From Carpediemonas membranifera BICM (taxonomy: Eukaryota; Protista; Fornicata), in assembly GCA_019828565.1 (NCBI GenBank), contig JAHDYR010000064.1:434001-498000 (forward strand): a stretch of 64,000 nt of DNA. Reading direction: 5' to 3'. Shown here one piece after another: positions 33,330 through 45,559 of the stretch. Every line of letters starts with the position of its first letter. Positions within the stretch are counted from its first letter, which is position 1. Under the pieces are notes generated by a model. It was given only the letters and a program-made list of their open reading frames with translations. It did not search any database and had not been told where the DNA came from. The position numbers and the translations under genes were made by a program.

Positions 33330-34586
33330 ATGGCGTACCCGCTCTATCGACTTCCGTTCAACCCAGTATGCGTTCTCTTAGCCGAACACGGTCTTATGCG
33401 ACGGTCCCAAGCTGAGTATCACCTGCTGAGGAGGCTGTATGGCGGCAGCATGAACTATCCTTGCTATAACATGGCCATCAGCAAGGCCTTTCCGCAGCTG
33501 GTCTACGGCCGCCACACGACAGTCGCGCTGTGCCCATCCCTCTTCATTGCGGGCTCCACGCATGGCGACATCCTCTTCTACCCCATCCCCGACGGGGACC
33601 CCTTCCAATGCCAGCTCCAGCCCATGTCCGTCGCCAGAGGGGGGTTCGGTGGCACTGGGACTCATGCAGGGATGATTACCGGCATGGTCCTGCACCCCGA
33701 CGGCGGGCTGGCGTTCACCGGCGCCCGGGACCACACCGTCCGGGCCTGGGATTGTCATCGGTGCAGCAATGTAGCCGCGTTCAACTTCGACAGGAGGACC
33801 CAACCCGCAGCCCTGTCGCTTTCCCACCCCAGCGCGCCGTCTCCGTTCGTGGCGGTGGGGTGCAATGACGGTGTCAAGTTGATCGACCTTGTGTCCATGA
33901 AGATCGGCGGGTTCCTGGGCGCCAAGGACGTCACCGCGGTCTCTATTGACCCAGTCAACACCAACCAGGTGGCTGTCGGGTGCAGGTCCGGGCTGATCCA
34001 GCTGTGGGACATGCGGCAGGGGCTGACGACCCCACTCAGCACGATGCCCGAGCCCAGACCGGAGATGGACATTAAGACGCTGCTCCAGACCAACCGGACC
34101 CGCGCGCTGCTGATGCGGACGGCCCAGACCCGGGGGGTGCGGCCCTTGGCGGCCGGCATGGCGACGTACACGGCCGACGTCCGCTCGGTCCAGTTCACTG
34201 CCGATGGCCGGGCCTTACTGACGACGGATCGGTTTGGCTCGGTGCTGCGGTGGGCCTGTCGGAGCAGCGGTGTCGGGGCGACCCACGCCCGCCTCGTCCA
34301 AGGGGGCCGGGCCGCGGTGTGTGGGCTATCGGCTGACCCGGCCGGCACCGCCTTTGGACTCGGCAGCAAGGAGCTACGGGTCTTTGACGTGGACACAGGG
34401 GCCTCGCTCGCGACAGTTGAGGGGTTCGACTCGCCGATAACTTCACTGACGGCCGGCCGGGACTCCAAACAGAGACCTTTCTTCCTGGCAACCACGGCAG
34501 CGAACATGTTCCTCGTGCGGCCTGAGAAGACGGACGTCGGGGTCGACGCCGAGTCCTCCGATGACGGGAGCGAGGATTGGGGCTGA
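33330..34586 (+). CDS. WD40 protein, ERCC8/CSA-like
   Basis: WD repeats (FTGARDHTVRAWD, VAVG..VKLIDL, IQLWDMR, VQFTADGRALLT) and an acidic C-terminal W, arranged as in CSA. Confidence 0.65.
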   Translation: MAYPLYRLPFNPVCVLLAEHGLMRRSQAEYHLLRRLYGGSMNYPCYNMAISKAFPQLVYGRHTTVALCPSLFIAGSTHGDILFYPIPDGDPFQCQLQPMSVARGGFGGTGTHAGMITGMVLHPDGGLAFTGARDHTVRAWDCHRCSNVAAFNFDRRTQPAALSLSHPSAPSPFVAVGCNDGVKLIDLVSMKIGGFLGAKDVTAVSIDPVNTNQVAVGCRSGLIQLWDMRQGLTTPLSTMPEPRPEMDIKTLLQTNRTRALLMRTAQTRGVRPLAAGMATYTADVRSVQFTADGRALLTTDRFGSVLRWACRSSGVGATHARLVQGGRAAVCGLSADPAGTAFGLGSKELRVFDVDTGASLATVEGFDSPITSLTAGRDSKQRPFFLATTAANMFLVRPEKTDVGVDAESSDDGSEDWG

Positions 34587-34720
34587 GAGACCGGGCCGCT
34601 GATGGCAAGCTTCCTTTGATACTATGCACCACATCACGATATGCCAGCATAAACCACCAACAGCATCGGTCTTAGCTACTGTGCAGCACATCACGAATTG
34701 TCAGAAAAGGCACAAGCGAG

Positions 34721-35077
34721 ATGAACGCGTTGTACTCCGACGAAAGCGTATCCCCGTTGGATTTCCTGCGGATGGCCGTTAATGCAACTGTCACTGTCCT
34801 TATGCGGACGGGGAATCGGGAGATGACTGGCACGCTTGTGTCCTTTGACGAAAAGTTCATGACCATGGTCCTTAGTGATGTCGACGTGAAGTATGTACTC
34901 GATATGTGTTGCTAATGGTAAGCAAAGAAACGGTATATCAACTCGCAACACGTGTTCCCACCCCTCTTACACAGAGAAACCGATGCCCTCGGCAACCCCG
35001 TGGTGGAGCACATGAAGGAGCTTCTGCTGCACCCCTTCCAGGCCATCGCCATCATCCCCGGCGGGATCGACGAGTAG
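34721..35077 (+). CDS. Sm-like protein (LSm3-like), intron-containing
   Basis: Sm1 motif PLDFLRMAV..VTVLM..REMTGTLVSFD..MVLSDV; GTATGT donor at 34891; downstream exon structure uncertain. Confidence 0.55.
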
Positions 35078-35423
35078 GGCGCCGGCCGATGTACATAGAC
35101 GATGTCACCATTAAAGCGATCCGGGCCACGACATCTTATGAAGATCCCCAGCTGGGTCAGTTTGGTGGTGCTGGGTGTATATCACCAGCACTTGTATTAT
35201 CGGCCTCATTCATTGTCATCGGTACTGTCTCGGCTTCATGGACCTCTTCAAGCCCCGCGGGACACATTCTTGCGACATGTCGGCTCGACAGCATAGCAAA
35301 CAAGGCAGGTTCCACTTTACTGTATCAGAGAGGCTATTGCCGCATGATACGGCATTTATGTGTGGCTTCCATGACATCACGTATCATGTATCGCCAGAGC
35401 GAAACGAAAGAGGGCCTCCTTTA

Positions 35424-36958
35424 ATGCCACAAAGCGCACAATCGGATGATCTTCTGCCCGACAGCACTGATGATAGCTTCTTCAGCGACGAGGACCCATA
35501 TGAATTCAGCGAAGCGCCATCGGATGTCGAAATGGAAGAATCCCCTCACAAAGAGGAGCAGGCAGGCGTTCTTGAGCGGTATCCATCGCCATTTCTCCCA
35601 GTACAGCAGCATTCATTCTCACGGGAGGTTTCCGCCCTGTCGATGAACCTCGGCTTCAAGTATGCCGTCCACCCCTCCCGATCCCTCCTCGAGGAGTACA
35701 TCGTACCCGCCATGCGGTGCCTGGCCCCGGTGGTGGGTACCATGGACCTTGCATTTGCCCAGCTGGCGGCTACATCCTTCATGGCGACGTCTGCCTTTGA
35801 GTTTGTCGAGTTCCCCCACGAGGTCGTCGAGCAGCGCTGCCCCGTGTGCTGGGATGACGACCCCGCGTCCCTGCTGACTCTGCCGTGCGGTCATGTCGTC
35901 TGCAAGGACTGTCTGCGCGGGTACGTCAAGTCTCACACAAGTACGCGCGAGTACCGGGGGCTTCAGTGCCCGTTCAACGTCAGAACGGCCGACGACAAGG
36001 AGGCGCCGTGCCCCGCTTACCTGCCGCCTTCCACGGTCCAGAACAACCTGACGCCAGAGCTGAGGGAGCAGTATGAGCTTCTCCTCATCAACGACATCGT
36101 CATCAAGTGCAAGCTGGTGCATCAGTGCCCCGCCGCCGACTGTACCTTCCTGTCAACGACAAAGAGCCTCATGCACACGGACGTGCAGTGCGTCTGCGGC
36201 TACATGTACTGCACGGCCTGCAAGAGCCAGGCGCACATGCCTTGCTCATGCACGCAGGTCGCCGAATGGGAGCGACTCAACAACGACGAGCAGCCGACGA
36301 TCATCTGGATGGAAGAGCACAGCAAGAAGTGCCCAAAGTGCCAGACGCGGACCGAGAAGAACCACGGGTGCAACCACATGACGTGCCGCCAGTGCAAGCA
36401 CGAGTACTGCTGGATCTGCATGGGCGCGTGGGAGAGCCATAGAGATTACTACCGTCCGTACCCCCTACCGTGAAGAAAGCTTACTCAGATTGCAGCCGGC
36501 CGGCGGCCAAGGAGGAGCCAGTCGCCAAGGGAAACTTCGACAGCGCGCACTACACCGAGTGTTGGAACCTGTTCAACGTTAACGTCAACAGCCTCAAGCT
36601 CGAGGACCAGCTGCACGCTAAGCTCGTCAGCGTGTGCGAAGACCTGGCAGCGACTCGGATGGAGAGCCACGGCAGCGGCAACGTCGGCTTCTACCGGACA
36701 GCGATCGTGCTGCTGAAGACCGTCCGCATCTATTTGAAATGGACGTACCCGTTCATGTTCTTCCTCAAGCGTGACGACCCCACCGGCAACCAGTACCAGA
36801 TATTCCAGAGCCTGCAAAAGAGATTCGAGGTTGCAGTGGAGGATTTAAGTCATTCGATTGATCGCCCAGTCGAGGAGATCGACGAGGTCGACGTCGTTAA
36901 GCAGACTACTGTCACGACGCACACGCTGCAGAGCATCCTGTCCTTCTTCGACGAGTGA
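35424..36958 (+). CDS. Ariadne-like RBR E3 ubiquitin ligase; intron 36454-36488
   Basis: Acidic N-terminus, RING1 CPVC..CGHVVCKDC, IBR, RING2 KKCPKCQTRTEKNHGCNHMTC..YCWIC, Ariadne domain LKWTYPFMFF. Confidence 0.88.
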
Positions 36959-37072
36959 GCACCGCCTTGTAAATACACCGGTGCTGCGGGGTTTGTCAAG
37001 AATGGGAGTGATTTAGGATGATAACAATGCTACTACAACTAGCTGACCCACAAAGAGCGTATCGAATCGAAT

Positions 37073-38746
37073 CTATTGAGAAATCTCCAGCAGCGTATCC
37101 CCCCCATCAAACTCCACAATTTGATCGGGCTCAGGACTCTGCAGGGCCGCCGCCCGACTCCGCCCGGCCATGGCCCTTAGTGTCTCGAGGTTGTGGGCGC
37201 GGGTCGTGGCGTCAGCCACCTTGCTGGTGACCGGCTGAGGCTCGTCGTCGCAGGTCGACATGGATGCACGCGCGGGGATGTTGGTTGACGCGTTCTGCTG
37301 GCGGTATGCTGCCACTGCGGCGTTAATACCACCCGTCGATGCAACCCTCCTCGGCACCCCGGGCGTCCTCAGCGAGCTCTCGGCGCCGGACACGGGCATC
37401 GTCTGGCCCGATCTCAGGGCCCTGATCTCCCGGAGCAGGGTCTGCTGCAGCTGGCTCTTCGCCGTCCTGAGCGCGTCCTTCTCCTCCTTCAGCTCGCGGA
37501 CCTGGGCCTCGAGCATGGCGACCTTGCGACTCGTGTCATCCGCTGTCTCAGCCAGCCGCCTCCGCTCCGTGGCATGCTCATCTTTGGCAGAGACCTCCTG
37601 GTCGAGCGCCGCCTGCAGCTGCGCGGTCTTGCGGTTGGCCTCCTCCAGCTCCCGCTCCAACCGGCCATGCCCGGCCTTGTAGTCCGCCAGCTCCCGTCGC
37701 ATGTGGTCAGCCTCGGCCTGTGCCCCGCTAATCTGACCCCTAGCGTCGTCCGCCCTGGCTCTGTAGGCCTCGCAATCCTCTTGAGCCCGCTGCACCTCAC
37801 GCTGCAGCTGGTCGAGAATGCTCTCGAGGTCCTCGCGCTCAGTAGCAAATGTTTCGATGTCGGCGACGTGCTCAGCCTGGAGCGAGTCATACTTGTCGTG
37901 GAGGTCCTTCAGCTCGGCCGTCTTACGGTCGAATCTGTGGAGCAACTCGTCGTACATCATCTTCTGGGAGTTCGACTCGTACTGCACATCTGCTACACTG
38001 CGTTCGTTCTGCTCCAGCGTCGCCTGCAGCTCCCTGGTAGCCACTGACAGGGCTGCGTTCTCGTCCTCGATCGCCTCCAGCTGCTGCTCCAGGCTCGTCA
38101 CCTTTGACCCGAACTGCGTGCTGCGGCGCTTCTCAGCTGCTAGTTCAGCCTTAAGCTGCTCGACCTCGGCCCTTAGCTCGCCCGCCTCCTCCTCGGTGGT
38201 CTGCAGGTCGGCCTCGAGCCCCTCGGTCCGCTCCCTCTGGACCTGGAGCTCCTCTTCAGCGTGCCTCAGCTGCAGCATCGCATTGTCGTAGTCGACCTTG
38301 GCCTGTGACAGCGCGTACAGCAGGGAATCCTCGAGGCTCTCGACGGGGTCCAGCCCGAGGTCCTCCTCCTTCGTGCAGAGGGCGTCGTTCACGATCTGCA
38401 GCTCCCTCTGGAGCCGGGCGATCTCCTCGTCCTGGGCCCGGATGACATGCCGGTCCTGCTGCTGTTCCTCCCGAAGTTTCAATATCTTGTTCGTTGCTTT
38501 CCCAAGGCCGCTCAGCTGAGACTCCCTGGAGAGCTTCTGCTCCATTTTTCTGATGTATATTTTCTGTGTTATTGGATTTGGGTGGCATCATAACCTGTAA
38601 CATACTTGTTCGTTCACTTGCGCCTCCAAGTTGGCGCGAAGCTCCTGGCTTCGCTCAAGGGACCGTTGCGTGAGTTCATAATCTCTAGTGACTTTGTTTA
38701 GCTCGGCTCGAAGCTTTGAACTGGATGAAGCAGCTGATTGAGCCAT
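37073..38746 (-). CDS. Long coiled-coil protein (at least one intron near 38550-38605)
   Basis: Heptad-rich ORF 37073-38545 plus upstream exon MAQSAASS... Confidence 0.65.
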
Positions 38747-38988
38747 GTTGTGTCTGCGCGAAAGTTGCCAAAATTTTCCGACTCTGCGCCGAGTCACGTG
38801 TCGGCGTGCTACGTTTGCTGTTGTGTTCAGATGTGGTCAGGTTGCCTGTTGGTCTGCTGGTTAACTAGGGTAATGTGCTTCGGGGCGCCGAGTCACCATT
38901 CACAACGAATGTTGGGCCATGAAACAGCAGCCATCTGACCTTACCCACGCTTACAGCAACCCCACAAGTAGTACCAGTACAATACCAT

Positions 38989-41900
38989 TTAAACGTCCAA
39001 CTCCTTTGGTGCGTCCGACTTGAAGTAGTTGAGCATACGTCCAGTGATCAGGAAGCCGCCGGCGACGTTGACCATGGAGATAAAGATCGCGATGGCGCCG
39101 ACGACGACAGTCCACTCCTTATAGAAGGGGTGCTTATCGAGGAGCATCATGCCGCCGAGCACAACGATGCCAGAGATAGCATTGGTGACAGACATGAGGG
39201 GCGTGTGTAGCGAGGGGTGCACGTCGCCGATGATCTTGACGCCGATGAACACGGAGAGCGCGAAGATGAGCAGCACCGTCTGCATGGAGCCCGTGCCCTT
39301 GGGCGACTTGTACGGCACAAACATGGACAACAGCAGCGCGATGACGACCGCGGCGAACGGCAGGGCCCAGTAGAGGGTGAAGCGGGCCTGGGGGTTCATG
39401 GGAACCTTGCCGGCGACCTCCTCGACCTCGGGCTGGACAACCTCGGCGACCTTGCCGGCGGAGGGCGGGGGGCCGACGGGGCGCTTGGGCTCGGGCATGA
39501 CCTCACCGTTGTGTGTGAGTGTCATGGGGCCGATGACGTCATCCTCCATGGGGAGGACGAAGTCGGGGCGGATGACGTAGGCCTTGGGGGCGTCCTCGGG
39601 GGGGACGTACTCAGCGTCGCGCTGCTGGTCGGCGATCGTGTCGAGGATGTGGAACATGTTGGTGGCGTAGAGCTCAGAGGCGACGGCGGCCATGCGGGAA
39701 GCGAGGTCGGTGTAGCCGATGATGGTGACGCCGTTGTCGGTGACGTACTTCTCGCCGGGGCGGGTCAGCTCGCAGTTCCCACCGCCAGCAGCGGCGAGGT
39801 CGACGATGACGGCGCCGGGCTTCATGTCGGCGACCATGTAGTCCTTGATCATGATCGGGGACTTGCGGTTGGGGATGGCCGCGGTCGTGATGATGATGTC
39901 GATGCGCTTGCACTGCTTGTGGAAGAGCTCGTACTCCTTGCGGAGGAACTCCTCGGAGGCCGTCTGGGCGTACCCGCCGGCCCCAGCGCCGTCCTCATCC
40001 ATGTCGACCTCGAGGAACTCGGCGCCCATGGACTTGACCTCGTCCTTGACGACAGAGCGGATGTCGAAGGCACGGACGACAGCACCCATGGCGCGCATCG
40101 TGCCGATGGCAGACAGACCGGCGACACCAGCGCCGATGACGAGGACCTCGGCGGGCTCGGTCTTGCCGGCGGCCGTGATCTTGGGGGCGATGAGTGCGCG
40201 GTAGGAGTTGCAGGCCTCGATGCAAGCGCGGTAGCCGGCGAGGTTGGCGGTAGACGAGAGAGCGTCCATCTTCTGGGCGCGGGACGTCCGGGGGATGCGC
40301 TCCATGCACATGCAGTGGACGCCGTACTCCTCGGCGAGGAACTCGATCATGGCCTTGTTGTCGGCGTTGCCGGGGTTCATGAACGAGATCAGCATGGGCC
40401 CGACCTTCGTCGCGGTGTACACCTCAGCGCGGGCACCGGTGCGCCACTTGTTCTCGCCCATGACGAAGAGCTCGGCGGCCTCCTCGCGAGTGGGGAGGTT
40501 GACCTTGAGGACGACCTCGGCGTCGGCCGCGTCGGCGTGGGTCTGGACGATCTCGCCGCCTACGGCCTCGTAGAGGTGGTCGGGGAAGTTGGAGCCGACG
40601 CCGCAGCCCGTCTGGAGCTTGACGTGGAAGCCGATCTTGCGGAGGCGGGTGATGTTCTCGGGCGACATGGCGATACGGTCCTCGTCCTCGGCCAGCTCGC
40701 GGGGGATGTAGATGGTGGAGCGGGGCTCAGGGTAGACGTAGGTGTCCTCGGTCTCCTCCTCGTCGAGGTCCTCGGTGGTGTCCTCGGCCTTGGCCATGCC
40801 GGCCGTGAGCTTGGAGATGCCGTCGCGGAGGTCGTTGATGCACTTGGCAGCATCAGCGAAGAGCATGCGGGCGTTATCGTCGACGAAGATGGGGTTCGTG
40901 ACGCCGGCGTAACCCGGGGAGAGGGAGCGCTTGATGACAAAGACGGCCTTGGAGCGCCAGACCTCGACGACGGGCATGTTGATGTCCCGGTTGACTGTGT
41001 CGTTGGCGCCGATGATGATGGCGGCGTCGTACGACTCCATCTCGGGGTTGACCTCGTCCATGGTCTTGACGATGTTGTAGGGGCAGGCAGCCTCGGCCAG
41101 GAGGATGTTCATGTGGCCGGGGAGACGGCCGGCGACGGGGTGGATGCCGAAGGTGACGTTCACACCGACTGAGCGGAGGTTCTCGACGGCCTCCACAAGG
41201 GGGCGCTGGGCACGGGCGACGGCGAGGCCGTAGCCTGGGACGATGAGGATCTTCTTGCAGTTGACAAGGGTGGCGGAGAGGTCCTCGACGGCGATGGTCT
41301 TGCAGCGGGCCTTCTGGTCAGCAGCCTGAGCGCGCTTTTCCTCGGCAGAGAGGCCGCCGGACTGGACGCCGCCCTTGATGACCTCGAGCAGCGTGCGGTT
41401 CATGGCCACGCACATCAGCTGAGCGAGGATGGCACCAGACGAGCCGACTATGGAGCCGGTGATGATCATGAGGTAGCCGTCCTGGCGGAGCGTCAGGCCG
41501 GTGAGGGCGCCAGACCAACCCGAGCCGGAGTTCAGGATGGAGATGACGACGGGCATGTCAGCGCCACCGATGGCGAGGACGACAGCGGTGGAGAGTAGCG
41601 TGGAGACGATGACGACGGCGATGAGGATGGCGTAGGAGATGTACCAGTAGGGCTCGCCCGAGGGGATGAACAGGAAGGCAATGGCAAGGATGGCGTCGAT
41701 GATGCCCAGGCCGACGTTGATCGCGTTGCGGAAAGGCAGCGCGCGGGGCTGGCCAACGAGCCAGCGGGGCTTGCCCATGAGCTTGAGGCAGGCCCAGATC
41801 GAGCCGACAAACGTCATCGTGCCGATGAGGACACCGAGAACGATGGAGATGCGGGACAGGAGCAGATCGACAACATAGGTCATGTCTTCGAAGGCTTGGT

Positions 41901-42294
41901 CCTCGCGGACATCAAAGGCAAAGCCCTCAAGGACTGCGGCGAGGCCACCGAAAGAGTTGAGAAGGCCAACCATCTGGGGCATGCCGGTCATCTTCACAGA
42001 GGTCGCGATCACGACACCAACCGTCGAGCCGGCACCGGCGAGGATGAGGAAGATAACGATGTTGAACAACTTGGACCAGTATTCCGCGTTCACGTGGTAA
42101 ACGTTATAGAGAACTGCCAGGATAGCAATAAGCATACCAACAATGGCAAACATGTTACCACGGGCAGCAGTGGACTGCTTGCTGAGGCCAACGATGGCGA
42201 AGATGAACAGTGCTGCAGAGGGCACAAAGGAGAATGCGACAATATTGTCAGCACCATACTTCATGGTTTCATTCACCTGATCCCAGTCTACCAT
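38989..42294 (-). CDS. NAD(P) transhydrogenase, single-chain beta-alpha order
   Basis: Beta part first (MPQMVGLLNSFGGLAA, GGADMPVVISILNS, HPVAGRLPGHMN, GANDTVN), then alpha part (RAQKMDALSS, GAGVAGL, DLAAAGGGNC, LHTPLMSVTNAISG). Confidence 0.95.
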   Translation of the reverse strand: MVDWDQVNETMKYGADNIVAFSFVPSAALFIFAIVGLSKQSTAARGNMFAIVGMLIAILAVLYNVYHVNAEYWSKLFNIVIFLILAGAGSTVGVVIATSVKMTGMPQMVGLLNSFGGLAAVLEGFAFDVREDQAFEDMTYVVDLLLSRISIVLGVLIGTMTFVGSIWACLKLMGKPRWLVGQPRALPFRNAINVGLGIIDAILAIAFLFIPSGEPYWYISYAILIAVVIVSTLLSTAVVLAIGGADMPVVISILNSGSGWSGALTGLTLRQDGYLMIITGSIVGSSGAILAQLMCVAMNRTLLEVIKGGVQSGGLSAEEKRAQAADQKARCKTIAVEDLSATLVNCKKILIVPGYGLAVARAQRPLVEAVENLRSVGVNVTFGIHPVAGRLPGHMNILLAEAACPYNIVKTMDEVNPEMESYDAAIIIGANDTVNRDINMPVVEVWRSKAVFVIKRSLSPGYAGVTNPIFVDDNARMLFADAAKCINDLRDGISKLTAGMAKAEDTTEDLDEEETEDTYVYPEPRSTIYIPRELAEDEDRIAMSPENITRLRKIGFHVKLQTGCGVGSNFPDHLYEAVGGEIVQTHADAADAEVVLKVNLPTREEAAELFVMGENKWRTGARAEVYTATKVGPMLISFMNPGNADNKAMIEFLAEEYGVHCMCMERIPRTSRAQKMDALSSTANLAGYRACIEACNSYRALIAPKITAAGKTEPAEVLVIGAGVAGLSAIGTMRAMGAVVRAFDIRSVVKDEVKSMGAEFLEVDMDEDGAGAGGYAQTASEEFLRKEYELFHKQCKRIDIIITTAAIPNRKSPIMIKDYMVADMKPGAVIVDLAAAGGGNCELTRPGEKYVTDNGVTIIGYTDLASRMAAVASELYATNMFHILDTIADQQRDAEYVPPEDAPKAYVIRPDFVLPMEDDVIGPMTLTHNGEVMPEPKRPVGPPPSAGKVAEVVQPEVEEVAGKVPMNPQARFTLYWALPFAAVVIALLLSMFVPYKSPKGTGSMQTVLLIFALSVFIGVKIIGDVHPSLHTPLMSVTNAISGIVVLGGMMLLDKHPFYKEWTVVVGAIAIFISMVNVAGGFLITGRMLNYFKSDAPKELDV

Positions 42295-42946
42295 TCTTGT
42301 GTGGACGACAGACGGGTCTTGTGCTAGGTTCAGAATTTTTTCGCGCGCAGAATTCTTTGACGATTTTAGACTTCTGGAATCGAGCATGATCGGCGTGCAA
42401 CAGTGTTCAAATGAGTTATGCTGGCGTTTCACTTGGTTCTGGAGGGCTTCATGTCATTGTATCTCGAGATATGACTGCAATAGATCCAGATCGAAAAATA
42501 AACGCGGGCTGACAACTACCAGTGGCTAGAAAGATCGGCGCTGTGTCGGTACGGCGTTGTTTTGGCGATTATGGCGCCGGTTTGGCTTGCGGCGCAGTCT
42601 GGCGAACTCAGTTCGGACAACTGGAAGGAACATCAAGATGGCATTGTATTCCTTTGATTCATCCTCTTCGTTGCAAGCAAGCCGTGAAGCTGTTATTTTG
42701 AACCAGAAAGGACGAAAACGAGCAAAAACGAGCCAGAAAGATGACAAAATGATCGCATCTCCAGGATTGCCCCTTTCAAGCATCAGTTGGCTCCAATACC
42801 ACCTTCAACTGGCTTCAGTTGTCGGGACTCATGCTGGTTTCGCTGTGTTTGAACAGATCTCTGGGGCTGCCCGGAGATCTTTGCAAATCGCAACACATCG
42901 CGACCACAGGGGACTTCATATCTGCGATAAATATAAACCGGTCAGC

Positions 42947-44456
42947 TCACCATTTATCGCGTCCGGTCCAACCGGCAGCCTCCCGGGCGCTCCGGGCGAT
43001 TAGCTCCTTGTGGAACTGATCCTCCTCCTTCTGCGCGGCCGTCTTGTCCCTCGCCTTGAGCACCGCCTTCCGCTGCTTGGTCCTGGCATCGGCGACGAAC
43101 TCCCAGAGCTTGACGTAATACGCCTTCGCCCGCTTGAAGTCGACCTTGCCGCTGCGGGTTGCCCTTTCGATGAACTCCTGCTCCGTCAGTTGTGACAGCA
43201 CAAGGCCGTTGTCGCCCTCGTTCGGGAGCATGTCTGCCACGTTCAGGGCGCCCTTGCTGACGGCCGTGAGCCATGAGCAGGCGCGCTCCTTCGACCATGT
43301 CTTGGGGTCGTGCTTGTTGGGGGCCAGCAGCTTGGTCTTGGGCGCGCTCATCAGTGTCTGTGCATACCGCAGCGTGTTGATGCTGTGGGACGCGTCGGCG
43401 GCGTGCGGCGAGGTGCAGGCGACCACGACACACCGGGTAGGCCGCACCGTCGCGAGCTCGAAGATGTCCTTGAGCACCAGCGTGAGCTTGGAGCTGCGGT
43501 ACGGGATGTGCAGGTGGGCCCCGGTCCCCTGGCGGGCCCGGCCCTTGATGCAGTCCTTGAGGGTCATCAGAGACGTGTTGATCTGCTTGGCCTCCTCCAG
43601 GCGGGCGGCATCATGAGCAGCACGGTCTGCGGCCCGCTCGCTGCCGGCTAGGTCGACCAGGAACAGTATGCCCTCACTGGCACCCCCAGCTGACTTGACC
43701 GGGTCTGTCTCGAGGACGCTGATCTTGGTGAGGGCGTGGGAGCGGGATGAGGTGTCGTTCTTGAGCGTGGCGACGGTCCGTCGATGGGCCAGGGCGGTCT
43801 CGCTCATCTCCAGGAAGGCCTCTGGGGACGGGCAGTCGCGGGTGTCACACCCGTCAAGCACGACTGAGGAGAACTTGTCCTCCATGATGCGGACGGGGCG
43901 GTGGGACGGGAGGTCGTAGGCGGCGTCCCCGAGGATCTCGACGAATGACACCACGACCTTCTGGGTGGGTGACAGCGCGTTGAACAGGTCCTGCGCCATG
44001 AGCTTCGTGATTGCGTTGACGGTATACGTCTTTCCTGTGTCACGGTGGGGGAGGGAACTCACCAGTGCCTGTCTGGCCGTACGCGAAGAGCACCGCCGTG
44101 CCGCCGCCCGCGGGGAGGTTGATGAAGTCGGTGCCAATCATCTCATACACCTCCTCATTGCTGCTGCTCGGCCCAAAATTGTGGTTCAGGGTGAAGCTCT
44201 TGTCGTCGAGCTTTGCCTTGTCGGCTCGAAAGTGCAATGTCGGCTCGTGAACGGTGACTGTTCTACCATGCGGATAGATGATCCTGAACGAGTCCTCGTG
44301 CTCGAAGATGGGTCTGGTGCGGGATACAACCGTGAAATCCTTGCCAACAGACGCCGGCTCCGGCTCCTCGTTGACAGAGGACTCTGCATGCGCAATAAGG
44401 CGCTCAAAAGCAGCTCTATTGGCTTTTAGCTGTTGTATGGTGGGTTTTATCGCCAT
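42947..44456 (-). CDS. Kinesin motor protein (kinesin-13-like); intron 44035-44062
   Basis: FAYGQTGT|GKT, NDTSSRSHA, VDLAGSER, INTSLMTLKDCI and HIPYRSSKLT. Confidence 0.87.
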
Positions 44457-44599
44457 TGGCAAGAGGGTATCCAGTTAGGTCGCGAACGGGGTTCTGTGCA
44501 CAAAACTGCGGGACCAGTCTACATGGATGACCGAGGGATGCTAGCACACGCCGCGGGTACAGCTGATCCAGGCCCCGTCATATTCAAGCTTTACTCGGA

Positions 44600-45169
44600 T
44601 CAGAGCAGGCCGATGATGGCGGCGATGACTGCGGCGACGCTGATGGCCACCAGTCGGGCCGAGTCGACAATGACCCAGGACTGGTAGTCGGGTTCGCCGT
44701 CAGTCATCACGGTGCCCTCCTCGCTGCATGGGTACAGGGCGATCGTCATGTTGCGGTACTCCTCGGGGATGGCGTCGATGTTCTGGAGGACGTTGTTGAC
44801 GATGTCCCGGGCGGACGGGATGTCGAAGGGGAGCTGACTGCCAACAGAGTCGTCAATGGCGTCGAGTGCGAGCTGGAGATAGTCGATGGGGAGGGTGAGG
44901 TCGACGCTCTCGGTGCCATTGAGCTCGACCGCGTTGACACAGCTGCTGAAGCTGTTGTAGTCGTCTACCGTCAGGCCAGCTATGTCGAAGACCTTCTTGA
45001 CTTCATCATTCTGGAACTCGAACCAGAGGCTGACTGTCGTGTTGTCGGTGTAGAGGGGGAAGGTCACGTTGTTCGCTTGGTCGATTAGGAGCTTGTCGCC
45101 GTTCATGGGCTCCGTAAACTGAGCGGCGAATGCTATTGCGAGGAGGAGGGCGAGGAATGCGAGCTTCAT
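44600..45169 (-). CDS. Secreted/surface protein with signal peptide and C-terminal hydrophobic anchor
   Basis: MKLAFLALLLAIAFA... and terminal AISVAAVIAAIIGLL; strong codon bias. Confidence 0.65.
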   Translation of the reverse strand: MKLAFLALLLAIAFAAQFTEPMNGDKLLIDQANNVTFPLYTDNTTVSLWFEFQNDEVKKVFDIAGLTVDDYNSFSSCVNAVELNGTESVDLTLPIDYLQLALDAIDDSVGSQLPFDIPSARDIVNNVLQNIDAIPEEYRNMTIALYPCSEEGTVMTDGEPDYQSWVIVDSARLVAISVAAVIAAIIGLL

Positions 45170-45516
45170 TCGTTCTAACAAATACAGTGGGACGTTGACA
45201 CCCTTTACAGGCCTGTAGCAGCAAGAATAGTCGCCATAATGGTGATTCCCCGTCGTTTCCAGTTCACTGTCCTTGGCCCCTCACCATCACTGCCCAAGAC
45301 ACCCAATCGATCGGAGGAATGATCGGAGGACAGTTTATGTGGTCAGGTGGTGGAGGCGGTGCCCCGGGGCGGCCAGTCTGGCCAGTCTGCCCCGGGAAGC
45401 CGGACCTCCGCTCCGAAGAAAAGAAAGGTTGCTCTGGCTGGAGATCACCGGGCGTTCTTGCCTGAGTGACTCCGCCGCCAGATCAATTCCGATCCTCGAG
45501 TCGCTCCGGGACTCGG

Positions 45517-45559
45517 CCGAACAGTCACCGCCCGAACAGTCACCGCCCGAACAGCACCG
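45517..45559. repeat. 15-bp tandem repeat (ccgaacagtcaccgc), ~3 copies
   Basis: Seen directly in the sequence. Confidence 0.8.

Noticed and set aside
39217-41172. 651-aa plus-strand ORF and similar antisense ORFs (52638-53975, 31276-32640)
   Set aside because: Shadows of strongly codon-biased genes on the opposite strand.
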